From UHGV virus genome UHGV-0203537: DNA of 64,000 bases. One strand, given 5' to 3'. Positions 37,664 through 47,159 of this stretch are shown here, one piece after another; the stretch's first letter is position 1; every line of letters starts with the position of its first letter. The translations under genes were made by a program, and so were the position numbers. Origin of the DNA: a virus. Below the pieces are notes generated by a model. The model had not been told where the DNA came from. It saw nothing but the letters and a program-made list of their open reading frames with translations, and did no database searches.

Positions 37664-37698
37664 GACTTGCTCAACATATTAGAAAGGAGATAAATGCC

Positions 37699-37869
37699 TT
37701 GGAAACATCCCCATGTAAAGACTGTCCTGAGCGCTGTTATAATTGCCATTCTACTTGTGGCAGGTATCGAAAATATTCTATCAAAAGGAAAGCTATATCG
37801 GCAAGAACTCGTTCAGAAGACCTTCGGGCATATTATTGTGAAAAATATGCTCGTATAGGGAAAAAATAA
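37699..37869 (+). CDS. small Cys-rich protein
   Basis: PCKDCPERCYNCHSTC; AAAGGAG RBS. Confidence 0.55.
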   Translation: METSPCKDCPERCYNCHSTCGRYRKYSIKRKAISARTRSEDLRAYYCEKYARIGKK

Positions 37870-37884
37870 AAGGAGGTTATTTTT

Positions 37885-39552
37885 CTGTCAAAACAAAAGA
37901 CATATCAGAAGTACATCTTTAAGCTACGTAGTGGCAGGATATTGTCTGCTCCTCGTAAGAGCTTAACTTTGTCTCTGGAAGGCGCCAGACGTAATGACGA
38001 AATAATTGCTCTGGGAGATCGTGAAGTTATGCGCTTCATCGATGAGATCAACGGACTTGACGTTCAGGCGACAGAAGAAAAAATTAAAGCCATTCGGCGT
38101 GAGATACGAAACATACAGAAAATGCCAAAATCACTGGCAAACAAACGCCGTATAAAAGCACTATACTCTGAATTGGATCGGCTTCAATTTAAACCTGACT
38201 ATGTTGCAGTCATAATGGATAAAACATCAGATTTTAAAAAACTAAATACAGGTTTCAAAATTAATGGATTATCTTATAAAAGACTGATAGGAACAACTAA
38301 CGGTGTAAAAAAATCCACGATAATATATGCAAGTGAGATATCCAATCAAGGAAAAATAATACATAAAGAGCTTGCCCGAAGGCTTGACAACGACCGAGAC
38401 CTCAGTATCAAGCTGGTTCCTGCAAAATTTGAGGCTTACAAATCACTTTCATGCAGCACTTCTACTCCGGTTTCGATGCCTAAAGGCATTCTTGTGGTAG
38501 ATGATGTTTTTACTCATTTTCGGGAAAGGATAATAAATCTTGACGATGGCAACAGTGACGAACCGGTAATGACTGTTGCGGATCAGGAAGTGGAACTGAA
38601 TACTAATGATGGATACGGACTTATTTGTCCTGCTTTGGCTGAAAAGTGGAGTTCCGAAATAGGAGAACATTATCTTGTATCTGGGTTCTGCACAAGGAAT
38701 GCCTTTTTCAAAGGAATGATGTTCACTTTTGATTTTCATAGTTTTTGCGAAGAATACGGCGGGAACAAGATAATCAAAGATGTGTGGGGAAATAAACATA
38801 ATCTCGACGATATTGAGATGATAACAACTCCATCGATGCTTAAACTTTGGGACTCGTATAAGAGTATAGAGGATTACATAGAAAAAAGCACGGCTAATCA
38901 TTACGGGTTTGCGATAACTAAAGCTTTACCTGAGAAACTTGAAAGTGAAAGAAATCTTAATTACCAGTTTATTCAAAGCTACGAGCTAAATGATAAACAG
39001 ATTGAAGAGCTTATCTCCCCTACCGTATCAGAGATTAAAGACGTTATCAGCGGAGATGTGAATAAGACGATCTTATTTCTCAAAGGCATGGGCTTAACTG
39101 CAGATAATATCAATTCTGTCGAAAATGATTTCGCTAAGGCAATAATGATAGATCCTCGAATGCTTAAGGACAACTATGTAATAAACAGGCTCAACTATAT
39201 GCTCAAGAAAAAAATTGATGAGGCTAAGATCGGCGTACTTAAAATACATGGTAATTATGCGACAATTTCGGGAGATCCTGTTGCTTTATGTCAAAAAACA
39301 TTCGGTATCGAAACAGATGAGAGTAAGCTGGGGCTGTTAAATGCCGGGGAAATTTATTCGGAGTATTGGGCGGATCTCGGAGTGAAAGAAATTGTGTGCT
39401 TTAGAGCACCTATGTCGGCGGCAAATAATATAAGAAGAATGAAGATAGCTGACAATCCTGAAATACGTCGATGGTATAAATATATGCACGTTGTAAACGT
39501 GTTAAATGCTCACGACTCGTTCTGTCATGCACTGAATGGGTGTGACTTTGAT
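37885..39552 (+). CDS. YonO-like single-subunit double-psi-barrel RNA polymerase, exon 1 (probable CTG start)
   Basis: NDGYGLI, RNAFFKGM, LNYQFIQS, FRAPM; ends NGCDFD. Confidence 0.85.
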
Positions 39553-40385
39553 AGTTTGTCATTTTAATCTGTCAAAGTAAAACTCTGTGAACCTGTAAAT
39601 GCAGGGTGTGGCGAAAGCTGCTAACGGGGAAGGCTAAAGTAAAACTATGCTAATCCCGTGTTTAAGTGATTGATTCTTAAAGAAAGGAGAAGTATTATGG
39701 AAAAAGTCATTGAACTTTGTGGTATAGAATATATAGTTGATACCGAAGGGAAAATATACAGCACACATAATAATGGAAGAGGACAATATCACAAAGAACT
39801 ACATCAAAGGCTTAATCGTGATGGATATTATGAAGTAACTGTTGGTATAAATAAAAATCGGACAACTAAAAGAGTTTCAAGAATAATAGCTGAAGCATTC
39901 ATAGACAATCCATTAAACCTACCGGAAGTAGATCATAAAAATGATATTAGGACAGATAATCGAGTGGAAAATTTACAATGGATATCTCACGAAGATAATG
40001 TCGCTAAAATTCCATTTGAAAAGGGTTCGAACGCTCGAAAAGGTAGTAAAAACGGAAGAGCAATATTTACAGAACAACAAGTAATTGAGATGCGACAATT
40101 GTATGCAAGTGGTGTTACAATACAAGAAATTTCGAAAATGTATAATTCAAAGTGGAGTACCATTGGAAATATTGTCAATAAAAAGACTTGGAAGCATTGT
40201 TAATAACACACATTTCAAATCAATCACTTAAATCTATCGACTATCGAAAGGGTATCGGGAAAGCCGAGAGTAACCGAGTAGAGTACACAGGGCGTGAAAT
40301 TCGTAATGTGGAAGCGCAGAGCAGTAGAAATACTGAAGATATAGTCAAGTCCCCTAATAAATATCGGGAAACCGAGGGTATGTCG
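39553..40385 (+). mobile_element. group I intron with HNH homing endonuclease
   Basis: Exon ends in U paired to G of IGS GTCAAAGT (39571-39578); ATCGACTA and GAAGATATAGTC core; terminal G; removal restores DFDGD in frame. Confidence 0.9.
39670..40203 (+). CDS. intron-encoded HNH endonuclease
   Basis: EAFIDNP..EVDHKN..DNRVENLQW..N; C-terminal HTH. Confidence 0.88.
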   Translation: MILKERRSIMEKVIELCGIEYIVDTEGKIYSTHNNGRGQYHKELHQRLNRDGYYEVTVGINKNRTTKRVSRIIAEAFIDNPLNLPEVDHKNDIRTDNRVENLQWISHEDNVAKIPFEKGSNARKGSKNGRAIFTEQQVIEMRQLYASGVTIQEISKMYNSKWSTIGNIVNKKTWKHC

Positions 40386-41504
40386 GGAGACGCATTGATA
40401 ACAACAGATAATAAAGTCCTTCTTGAGAACACAAGAGATTTACCTGCAATAATGTGTGCTCAAAGAAAAGCAGAAAAAAAGATCATAACCGAAGAATTAC
40501 TCGTAGAAGCTAATCAAAACAGCTTTGGCGATGAAATAGGTACGACAACTAATCACATAACAGCTATGTATGATCTCTTGCCTTTGTTTGATAAGAATAG
40601 CGAAGAGTACAAGACGCTGGAATATAGGATAATGTGTGGACAGTTATACCAGCAGAATTGTATAGATCGTACAAAAGGCATAATCTCCAAACCTATGCCT
40701 GATTATTGGTATAACATGTCCAAAAACAAAGTCAAAGATAATAGCACACCTAAAGAAACATTGAAAAAGAAATTCAACTCTTCTATCTGTGCAAATAAAA
40801 AGCCATATTTCACGAATTATATATATCCGGATCAGATGACCGAATACAATCAATATATAAAAAGCACGAATCAAAAATGCAGAATGCTTTATCAGATGGA
40901 TATTGCGGAGTTAGAAGCTCTGCCCGAGAAGACAGAAGAGCAAAACGACTTTCTTCATTGGTATTATTTGTTACTACCCGTAAGTGATAATAGTTCAACG
41001 ATGAATAAAATTTGTCATAAAATAGAACAGGAATTTGATGGATATATATCATCTGTAAAGTCATCGTCTGATTTCGATTATAGTATAATGAAAAGCGGTG
41101 TAGAATATAGCAAATACGATTATACAAAAATCAAACAACTGTATGACGAATACTTAAAAAGAACAGTCGATTTTCAAATTAGATCGAAACAGCAAAGATT
41201 AGATAAGGAAGAAACATCTATTCAATTTTTAGTGATGAGGGATGAGTTCAAGAGGGAATGTCAAGCTATTTGCCCTAATGAATGCGAATTGTGTGATATT
41301 ATCCTTGATATGTGCTACAAGTCCTCACATTCTAAGCAGTTTGCATGGGAAATATGTGTAGATACGATTATTCATAATCTTCTTGCTAAAAATAACAATG
41401 AAATTTCATATGTATATAAAGATAAAGACGGCGAGATTATTTATTGTGGAGAAAGTTTTAGCATCGGGAAGGCAAAGGTGGAGACAAAGAATGATAATAC
41501 TTAA
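40386..41504 (+). CDS. YonO-like RNA polymerase, exon 2
   Basis: Begins GDALITTDN; IG..TN, QQNCIDRTKG, KKPYF. Confidence 0.85.
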   Translation, partial: GDALITTDNKVLLENTRDLPAIMCAQRKAEKKIITEELLVEANQNSFGDEIGTTTNHITAMYDLLPLFDKNSEEYKTLEYRIMCGQLYQQNCIDRTKGIISKPMPDYWYNMSKNKVKDNSTPKETLKKKFNSSICANKKPYFTNYIYPDQMTEYNQYIKSTNQKCRMLYQMDIAELEALPEKTEEQNDFLHWYYLLLPVSDNSSTMNKICHKIEQEFDGYISSVKSSSDFDYSIMKSGVEYSKYDYTKIKQLYDEYLKRTVDFQIRSKQQRLDKEETSIQFLVMRDEFKRECQAICPNECELCDIILDMCYKSSHSKQFAWEICVDTIIHNLLAKNNNEISYVYKDKDGEIIYCGESFSIGKAKVETKNDNT

Positions 41505-42243
41505 TGAACGTGCAGAAGCTGAGAGAATTATTGAGACGGGAAATGTTGGCGAAAAACCTTCTGAAACCTTATCATTGCTTGCGAGATACTATTACAATGT
41601 TGAAAAGCTCACTGGAAAAAAATTATATAATAAGCTGAATGAGTTTATGCAAAATAATTATCCTAAGTATGATTCGAAATTATGGGAGAATACTTTACAG
41701 AACAAAGTGAAAAAGGCAGATAAATACCCTCTTACAGAGATAAACGAAGTCGTTATTACGAGGGCGGAAATGAAAACTATAAAAAATCTAAAATCTCCAC
41801 CTCTCGAAAGACTTGCGTTTACGTTGTTGTGTCTTGCGAAATTCGGAGATAAAAGAAATATAAACAACAATGGTTGGGTTTGTCGTTCTCATGATGAAAT
41901 ATTCAAAATCGCTGCTGTACCAGCTACTATCAAAAAACAAGCAGCAATGCTGAATGGTTTATATCGAGCCGGATTGATTGGGTTCAGCATGAAAGTTACT
42001 AATACAAACATTCAGGTTCTATATATTCAGGAAGAATCGTATATGGCGATAAGAGTATCTGATTTCAGGGAGCTTGGACATGAATACATGAATTACTTAG
42101 GCAAGTATAAGTATATCAGATGTGCAGAGTGTGGGCGCTTGACAAAGTGTAAAGGGAATGCCCGCACAAAATACTGTAAGAACTGTAGCGTGAAAGTAAA
42201 TATTGAACAGACAAGTATGCGCAAATTGCAAGATAAAGCTTGA
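41491..42243 (+). CDS. hypothetical protein with C-terminal Zn finger, coupled to the RNAP gene
   Basis: MIILNE start overlaps the RNAP stop; CAECG..YCKNC. Confidence 0.75.
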   Translation: MIILNERAEAERIIETGNVGEKPSETLSLLARYYYNVEKLTGKKLYNKLNEFMQNNYPKYDSKLWENTLQNKVKKADKYPLTEINEVVITRAEMKTIKNLKSPPLERLAFTLLCLAKFGDKRNINNNGWVCRSHDEIFKIAAVPATIKKQAAMLNGLYRAGLIGFSMKVTNTNIQVLYIQEESYMAIRVSDFRELGHEYMNYLGKYKYIRCAECGRLTKCKGNARTKYCKNCSVKVNIEQTSMRKLQDKA

Positions 42244-42272
42244 TATTCAAGTTGATTTGTAATAGTAAATTG

Positions 42273-42319
42273 AACACGCTCGAATGGCTATAATACGTTA
42301 TTTGAGCGTGTTTTTCTTT
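42273..42319 (+). terminator. terminator-like hairpin ending the middle region
   Basis: AACACGCTCGAAT/ATTTGAGCGTGTT plus T-rich tail. Confidence 0.65.
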
Positions 42320-42398
42320 CGTTTTTGATTGTTGTTTATATAGTAGGAATTTATGCCTTCGGTGGTACCGAGACTTTTCCTAAAATACGAGTAAAAGG

Positions 42399-42596
42399 AT
42401 GAACAAAATGATACAAATCAGTAAAGACGAATATTTATTTATCTGCAAGCATGTGCATGACCCTTATATTACCATCTGTTCGAAGCGTAAACATGGAGCA
42501 AAGGGAAGTAGGATGAGCGGCAAGACATATTATTGTCCTGAAAGCAACAGATATCTCGGACTCATCAGAGAATATCGCAATATACGTGAGGGCTAA
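42399..42596 (+). CDS. small basic protein
   Basis: AAAGGA RBS. Confidence 0.6.
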   Translation: MNKMIQISKDEYLFICKHVHDPYITICSKRKHGAKGSRMSGKTYYCPESNRYLGLIREYRNIREG

Positions 42597-42599
42597 AGC

Positions 42600-43286
42600 A
42601 TGACAGAGAATAAACAGACTGACAATATTGAAGCGGTAATTTCTGAAGAGAAGAGCTGCGAATGTGGTGAAATGAATGTTCTTGAATGTGCATCATCAAA
42701 TAATTTCAATTATGGACTCGAAGAAATGTTTGTTATGTCGGACATTGAGGACAGGAAACTTTTTATCAATGGAGAAATCACCCCTGAGACCAGAGCCAAT
42801 ACTTCATATCATATCATGAGATATAATGCACTTGATATTGATGTACCCGTTACAGAGAGAACTCCAATCATCATATACATATCATCTACCGGTGGTTCTA
42901 CGTGGGACGGTATGGGAATCTGTGACTGCATCAAAAATTCAAAGACACCGGTAATTGGTGTTTGTACATCATATGCACTGTCCATGGGATTCTATATCTA
43001 TATTTCATGCCACAAAAGATATGCTTCTGAAAACGCATTCTTTTTAAATCATGAAGGAAGAGACGGAGATTATGGCAGTCCTTCTAAGGTTGATGACTAT
43101 TGGAGATTTGGTCAAAAATATAAAGAGCGCTTGATGCAGTTTGTTGTGTCAAGAACAAAGCTTTCCATAAAAGACCTGAAAAAGACAGAGAGAATTGAAA
43201 ATTATTATTTTGCAGATGAAGCCAAAACGCTTGGCATTGTAGATTCAATCATCGGCAAAGACTGTGACATTGATGAGGTCGTATAA
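42600..43286 (+). CDS. ClpP-like protease
   Basis: IYISSTGGS, ALSMG (Ser), FLNH (His), ADEAKTLGIVD. Confidence 0.85.
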   Translation: MTENKQTDNIEAVISEEKSCECGEMNVLECASSNNFNYGLEEMFVMSDIEDRKLFINGEITPETRANTSYHIMRYNALDIDVPVTERTPIIIYISSTGGSTWDGMGICDCIKNSKTPVIGVCTSYALSMGFYIYISCHKRYASENAFFLNHEGRDGDYGSPSKVDDYWRFGQKYKERLMQFVVSRTKLSIKDLKKTERIENYYFADEAKTLGIVDSIIGKDCDIDEVV

Positions 43287-43287
43287 T

Positions 43288-44577
43288 ATGGACAATCAAT
43301 ATTATATAGATCTTTACAATATTCTCTGTGAGAAGCAGCACAACGAGGATATTGAATGGCAGGATGTTGCCGATATGAGAGCCAGATATGGTATAAACGA
43401 AACCAGAGACTGTGCCCGTAAAGGTGCAAAGTTCTTCTATGAGTTTATCAACGGTGGCTGGGAAATCAAGCCTAAAACCAATGCTGCGACTATATCCACC
43501 AAGGAAACCGTTACGATAAACGCAGACAGATCGGAAACAAGCGAACGTACATTCTATATTGAGGATGAAAGTAAACTTCGTGACGTTGATTATCTTTTGC
43601 GCTTACATAATTATGATCCACGTTTCTTTGATGTTTCATCTGCTAAAAACAGCAAATGGAACAGTGGAGACAAGACACTATATTCAAGCAAGATAACTGT
43701 AAAGCCCAAAGTCCCCGAACTAATGGACTCTGACATGAAGCAGTGGTTCGATGATTTAGATAGAAGATACAGTAATATTACCGTTCCCGTAGTATCATCA
43801 GATTACGGAACGGGTGATAATCTGCTTATTTTACCCATATCTGACCTTCACTTTGCTCTCAGATCCAGTATGCTTGAGACCGGAAGCGAATATAACTGCG
43901 AGATTGCTGAAAATCTATTTTACTATGTCATTAAAGATGTGATGTCTCGTGTGAAACATATCAAGCTTAGTAGGATTATATTTACTATAGGCGGAGATCA
44001 AAGTAATTTTGATAATCTTGCCGGAACAACTACTAAGGGAACGCCGCAAGATAATGCCTGTGGCTATTTTGATATGATGCAGAAGCTGTTTGATATGACT
44101 ATTATAGCTATTGATATGCTTGCAAATATCGCACCTGTAGATGTTGTCTTGGTGAATGCTAATCATGACAAGACTGTTGGATATTCTCTTGCACAATATT
44201 GCTATGCCTGGTATAAGGATGACAAAAGAGTAACGGTAGATATATCCCCTGCTCCTCGTAAGTATCGTGTTTTTGGTAAGACACTTTTCGTGTTCGCACA
44301 TGACGCTGATATTAAAAAGCTTCCTGCCCTCATCCCTGATGAGTGTAGAAAAGTATGGAGCAGTGTAACTAATACTGAAGTGTTTTTACAGCATCTACAT
44401 AGTGAAATGGTTCTCGATGAAAACAATCACATGAGAATTCAAAGATTGCCCACTATCAGTGCGCCATCAGCGTGGACTACTGAGCAAGGATATCGTTCAA
44501 AGAGACAGTGTAAGTCTTTTATTTTCGATAAAGAATATGGACTTACGGATGTTCTATACACAAATATTAAAGAATAA
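43288..44577 (+). CDS. metallophosphoesterase-like protein
   Basis: SDLH, GGD, ANHD, FAH and QHLH motifs. Confidence 0.75.
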   Translation: MDNQYYIDLYNILCEKQHNEDIEWQDVADMRARYGINETRDCARKGAKFFYEFINGGWEIKPKTNAATISTKETVTINADRSETSERTFYIEDESKLRDVDYLLRLHNYDPRFFDVSSAKNSKWNSGDKTLYSSKITVKPKVPELMDSDMKQWFDDLDRRYSNITVPVVSSDYGTGDNLLILPISDLHFALRSSMLETGSEYNCEIAENLFYYVIKDVMSRVKHIKLSRIIFTIGGDQSNFDNLAGTTTKGTPQDNACGYFDMMQKLFDMTIIAIDMLANIAPVDVVLVNANHDKTVGYSLAQYCYAWYKDDKRVTVDISPAPRKYRVFGKTLFVFAHDADIKKLPALIPDECRKVWSSVTNTEVFLQHLHSEMVLDENNHMRIQRLPTISAPSAWTTEQGYRSKRQCKSFIFDKEYGLTDVLYTNIKE

Positions 44578-44591
44578 AAGGAGAAATTATT

Positions 44592-44864
44592 ATGACTAAG
44601 AAGGAATTTATCGCTGCTATCGCAGCAAACGCTAACATGACAAAGAATGACGCTGAGACTGCGCTTAATGCGGTTGTTGACACAATTATCTCAGCTCTGG
44701 ACAAGAAGGACACTGTAAAGCTTTATGGCTTTGGCACCTTCTCTACTGCTGACGTAGAGGCTTGTGAAAGACAGAATCCCCGCACCAAGGAAAAGTTTGT
44801 TTCCCCTGCTCATACTGTCCCCAAGTTCAAGTTCAGTTCTACTTTTAAGAAGTCGTTTAAGTAA
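44592..44864 (+). CDS. hup: HU-family DNA-binding protein
   Basis: MTKKEFIAAIA..GFGTF..NPRT..PKF. Confidence 0.92.
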   Translation: MTKKEFIAAIAANANMTKNDAETALNAVVDTIISALDKKDTVKLYGFGTFSTADVEACERQNPRTKEKFVSPAHTVPKFKFSSTFKKSFK

Positions 44865-44879
44865 TAAGGGGGCGATATT

Positions 44880-45248
44880 ATGTCGTCTTCCAAGAAAAAT
44901 CAGCCTGAAATGATCACCAAGACAGAATTTATAAAAAAGATGTCTTATGATACTGGTTTCACCCAGGCTAACTGTAGAATTGCTTATGATGCCTTTGTCA
45001 ATATAATGAAAGAGACTTTGCTTGAAGGCAGAGGTCTTTACTTCATTAAGCTCGGTTGGTTTGAACCCTATATCAAGCCGCCCAGAAAAATGTTTCGTCT
45101 TGACGGAAACGGAGTAATGCTCGACGAAAATGGTAACAAGGTTGAGTATATATTCCCCGAAACAAGATGGGCCAAGTTTCGTATCACTCAGAGTTTTAAG
45201 AGGGATATGAACCCGGGAATATATGACAAAGACGAAGAAGAAGATTAA
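44880..45248 (+). CDS. divergent HU/IHF-like protein
   Basis: TKTEFIKKMS..LGWFE..AKFR fold pattern with extended arm. Confidence 0.7.
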   Translation: MSSSKKNQPEMITKTEFIKKMSYDTGFTQANCRIAYDAFVNIMKETLLEGRGLYFIKLGWFEPYIKPPRKMFRLDGNGVMLDENGNKVEYIFPETRWAKFRITQSFKRDMNPGIYDKDEEED

Positions 45249-45282
45249 CGATGGTGCTGCCCCAATAGGGGCGCACTATTTT

Positions 45283-45357
45283 GGTGCGATGGTCAAGTGG
45301 TTAAGATGGTGCCCTTTCACGGCGTCGGCTCGGGTTCGAATCCCGATCGCATCCCCA
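45283..45357 (+). tRNA. tRNA-Glu(TTC)
   Basis: GGTGCGA/TCGCATC acceptor, loop CT-TTC-AC, T loop TTCGAAT, CCA. Confidence 0.92.
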
Positions 45358-45453
45358 ATGAGCTTTCAGAGGCTTTGTGCTCCGAACAAGCCTTCGCCCT
45401 TGTGGCAAAATAATATATATAATAGTATATCAGAATGAAAGGAAGATTTATAA

Positions 45454-46083
45454 ATGTCATATTCAGGATACCGCACAATTTATTTACCATCTGATCCTGA
45501 AGCTGATAAACGTGGCTTTGTCCCCGAACACAGAGTTGTGGCAAGGAAAATCCTTGGCAGACCTTTGAAGCCGGGCGAAGTAGTTCACCACAAGGATCAG
45601 AATCGATTAAATAACAGCGAAGATAATATAATCGTGTTTGTTTCCCGAGAAGCTCATACGAGATATCATCAGGGAGGCACTTTGGTTGAGACCGATGAGC
45701 CTAACGTTTACACGAGCTATTTTTATCGTCCCGAAATTCCCTGTGCTTATTGTGGACAAATGTTTAAACCTAAGAGAGCCGATGCTAAATTCTGCTGCTC
45801 TGAATGCAGCTCTTTAGCGCAGCGTAAAACAGATCGTCCAAACAGAAGGGAACTTAAGAGATTGTTGTTGGAATATAACATTACTCAGATTTCTAATATG
45901 TATGGTTTGACTGATAATGGCATCAGACGTTGGTGCCAAGCAGAAAAGCTGCCGTATAAGAAAAAAGATCTTGATAAAATGAGAGAAAAGGAAAGACTTA
46001 AAGCCGAAGAAAAGGCTTTAGAGAAAGAAATGAAGGAACGCATTGCAGAGCGTGACAGGATGATTAAAAAAAATAGCAAATGA
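45454..46083 (+). CDS. free-standing HNH endonuclease
   Basis: EHRVV..EVVHHKDQNRLNN..NI..H; CxxC..CxxxC. Confidence 0.85.
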   Translation: MSYSGYRTIYLPSDPEADKRGFVPEHRVVARKILGRPLKPGEVVHHKDQNRLNNSEDNIIVFVSREAHTRYHQGGTLVETDEPNVYTSYFYRPEIPCAYCGQMFKPKRADAKFCCSECSSLAQRKTDRPNRRELKRLLLEYNITQISNMYGLTDNGIRRWCQAEKLPYKKKDLDKMREKERLKAEEKALEKEMKERIAERDRMIKKNSK

Positions 46084-46112
46084 CATTAGTTCCTTCATAA
46101 AAAGGAGGAATT

Positions 46113-47159
46113 ATGCCGAAGCAAAATTTAGGACGTAAAGCTCCTCAGCAGCAAAAGAAAAAAACTGTAGATACTCGTGTTGAGATGCTTAAACAAATTG
46201 CTGCTGGTAACGAGAATGTCCCATTTATGTATCGCTGCGAAAAATGCGGCAAACAAGTTATGGACGATGACAGAGAATTTATGATCAGCTTCAGCAAGCT
46301 TCACGTAGGACACAGATGCAGACTTCCAATATGCAAAGACTGTTTGGATTCGTTATATGAGGAATATCTCGAAGAGCTTGGCAGCGAAGAAGAAGCGGTT
46401 CGCAGAGTGTGCATGAAGTTTGACATATATTATAATAAAGAGATCGTCAATTTGATGAAGAGCGCTTCTAAGCCTTTGAAGCGAATGACATACTATGTTG
46501 GTAAAACTCATACTGCAAAGTATGCAAACAAAACATATGACACTACTATATTGGAAGAAAAGGCAGAAGAGGATAAAATAACTACATATGAAGATATGTA
46601 TTCTTCAAAAGAGATAGATCCAGATACGGTGTCTTTCTGGGGTTCCGGATTTAAACCCGAAGATTACGAATATTTGGATAGCCGATATTCTGAATGGATC
46701 CTATCCTATCCTGTACAAGCAAAAGCTATGGAAGCAATTATTCAGAAAATATGTTTACTTGAGCTTCAGATTATGAGAGGTATTCAAAAGGGAGATAAGG
46801 TTGATAGCTTATGTAAGGCTATGAACGACCTTATGAATTCTGCGGGCATTCAGCCCAAACAAAGCAGCGAGAACACAATGAGCGACACTGCTTCATTCGG
46901 AGTCCTGATAAAACGCTGGGAAGACGAAGAGCCTATACCCGAACCTGAAGAAAAATGGAAAGATATCGATGGAATCAGACGCTATATCAGCGTCTTTTTC
47001 TTTGGACATTTATCTAAGATGTTCGGATTTAAAAATAACTGGAGTCAACTCTATGAAGACGAAATAAGGAAATATACTGTTAATCGTCCCGAGCTTGAGG
47101 AAGAAGATATCAATCAGATTACATATGAGGATATATTTGGGTCTGGTGATGATTCATGA
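46113..47159 (+). CDS. Zn-finger protein, probable terminase small subunit
   Basis: CEKC, PICKDC; directly upstream of TerL. Confidence 0.6.
   Translation: MPKQNLGRKAPQQQKKKTVDTRVEMLKQIAAGNENVPFMYRCEKCGKQVMDDDREFMISFSKLHVGHRCRLPICKDCLDSLYEEYLEELGSEEEAVRRVCMKFDIYYNKEIVNLMKSASKPLKRMTYYVGKTHTAKYANKTYDTTILEEKAEEDKITTYEDMYSSKEIDPDTVSFWGSGFKPEDYEYLDSRYSEWILSYPVQAKAMEAIIQKICLLELQIMRGIQKGDKVDSLCKAMNDLMNSAGIQPKQSSENTMSDTASFGVLIKRWEDEEPIPEPEEKWKDIDGIRRYISVFFFGHLSKMFGFKNNWSQLYEDEIRKYTVNRPELEEEDINQITYEDIFGSGDDS

Noticed and set aside
40188..40385. N-terminal 66 aa of ORF 40188..41504 as real protein, or the RNAP as a pseudogene or two-subunit enzyme
   Set aside because: This stretch is intron core sequence; splicing gives one continuous reading frame.
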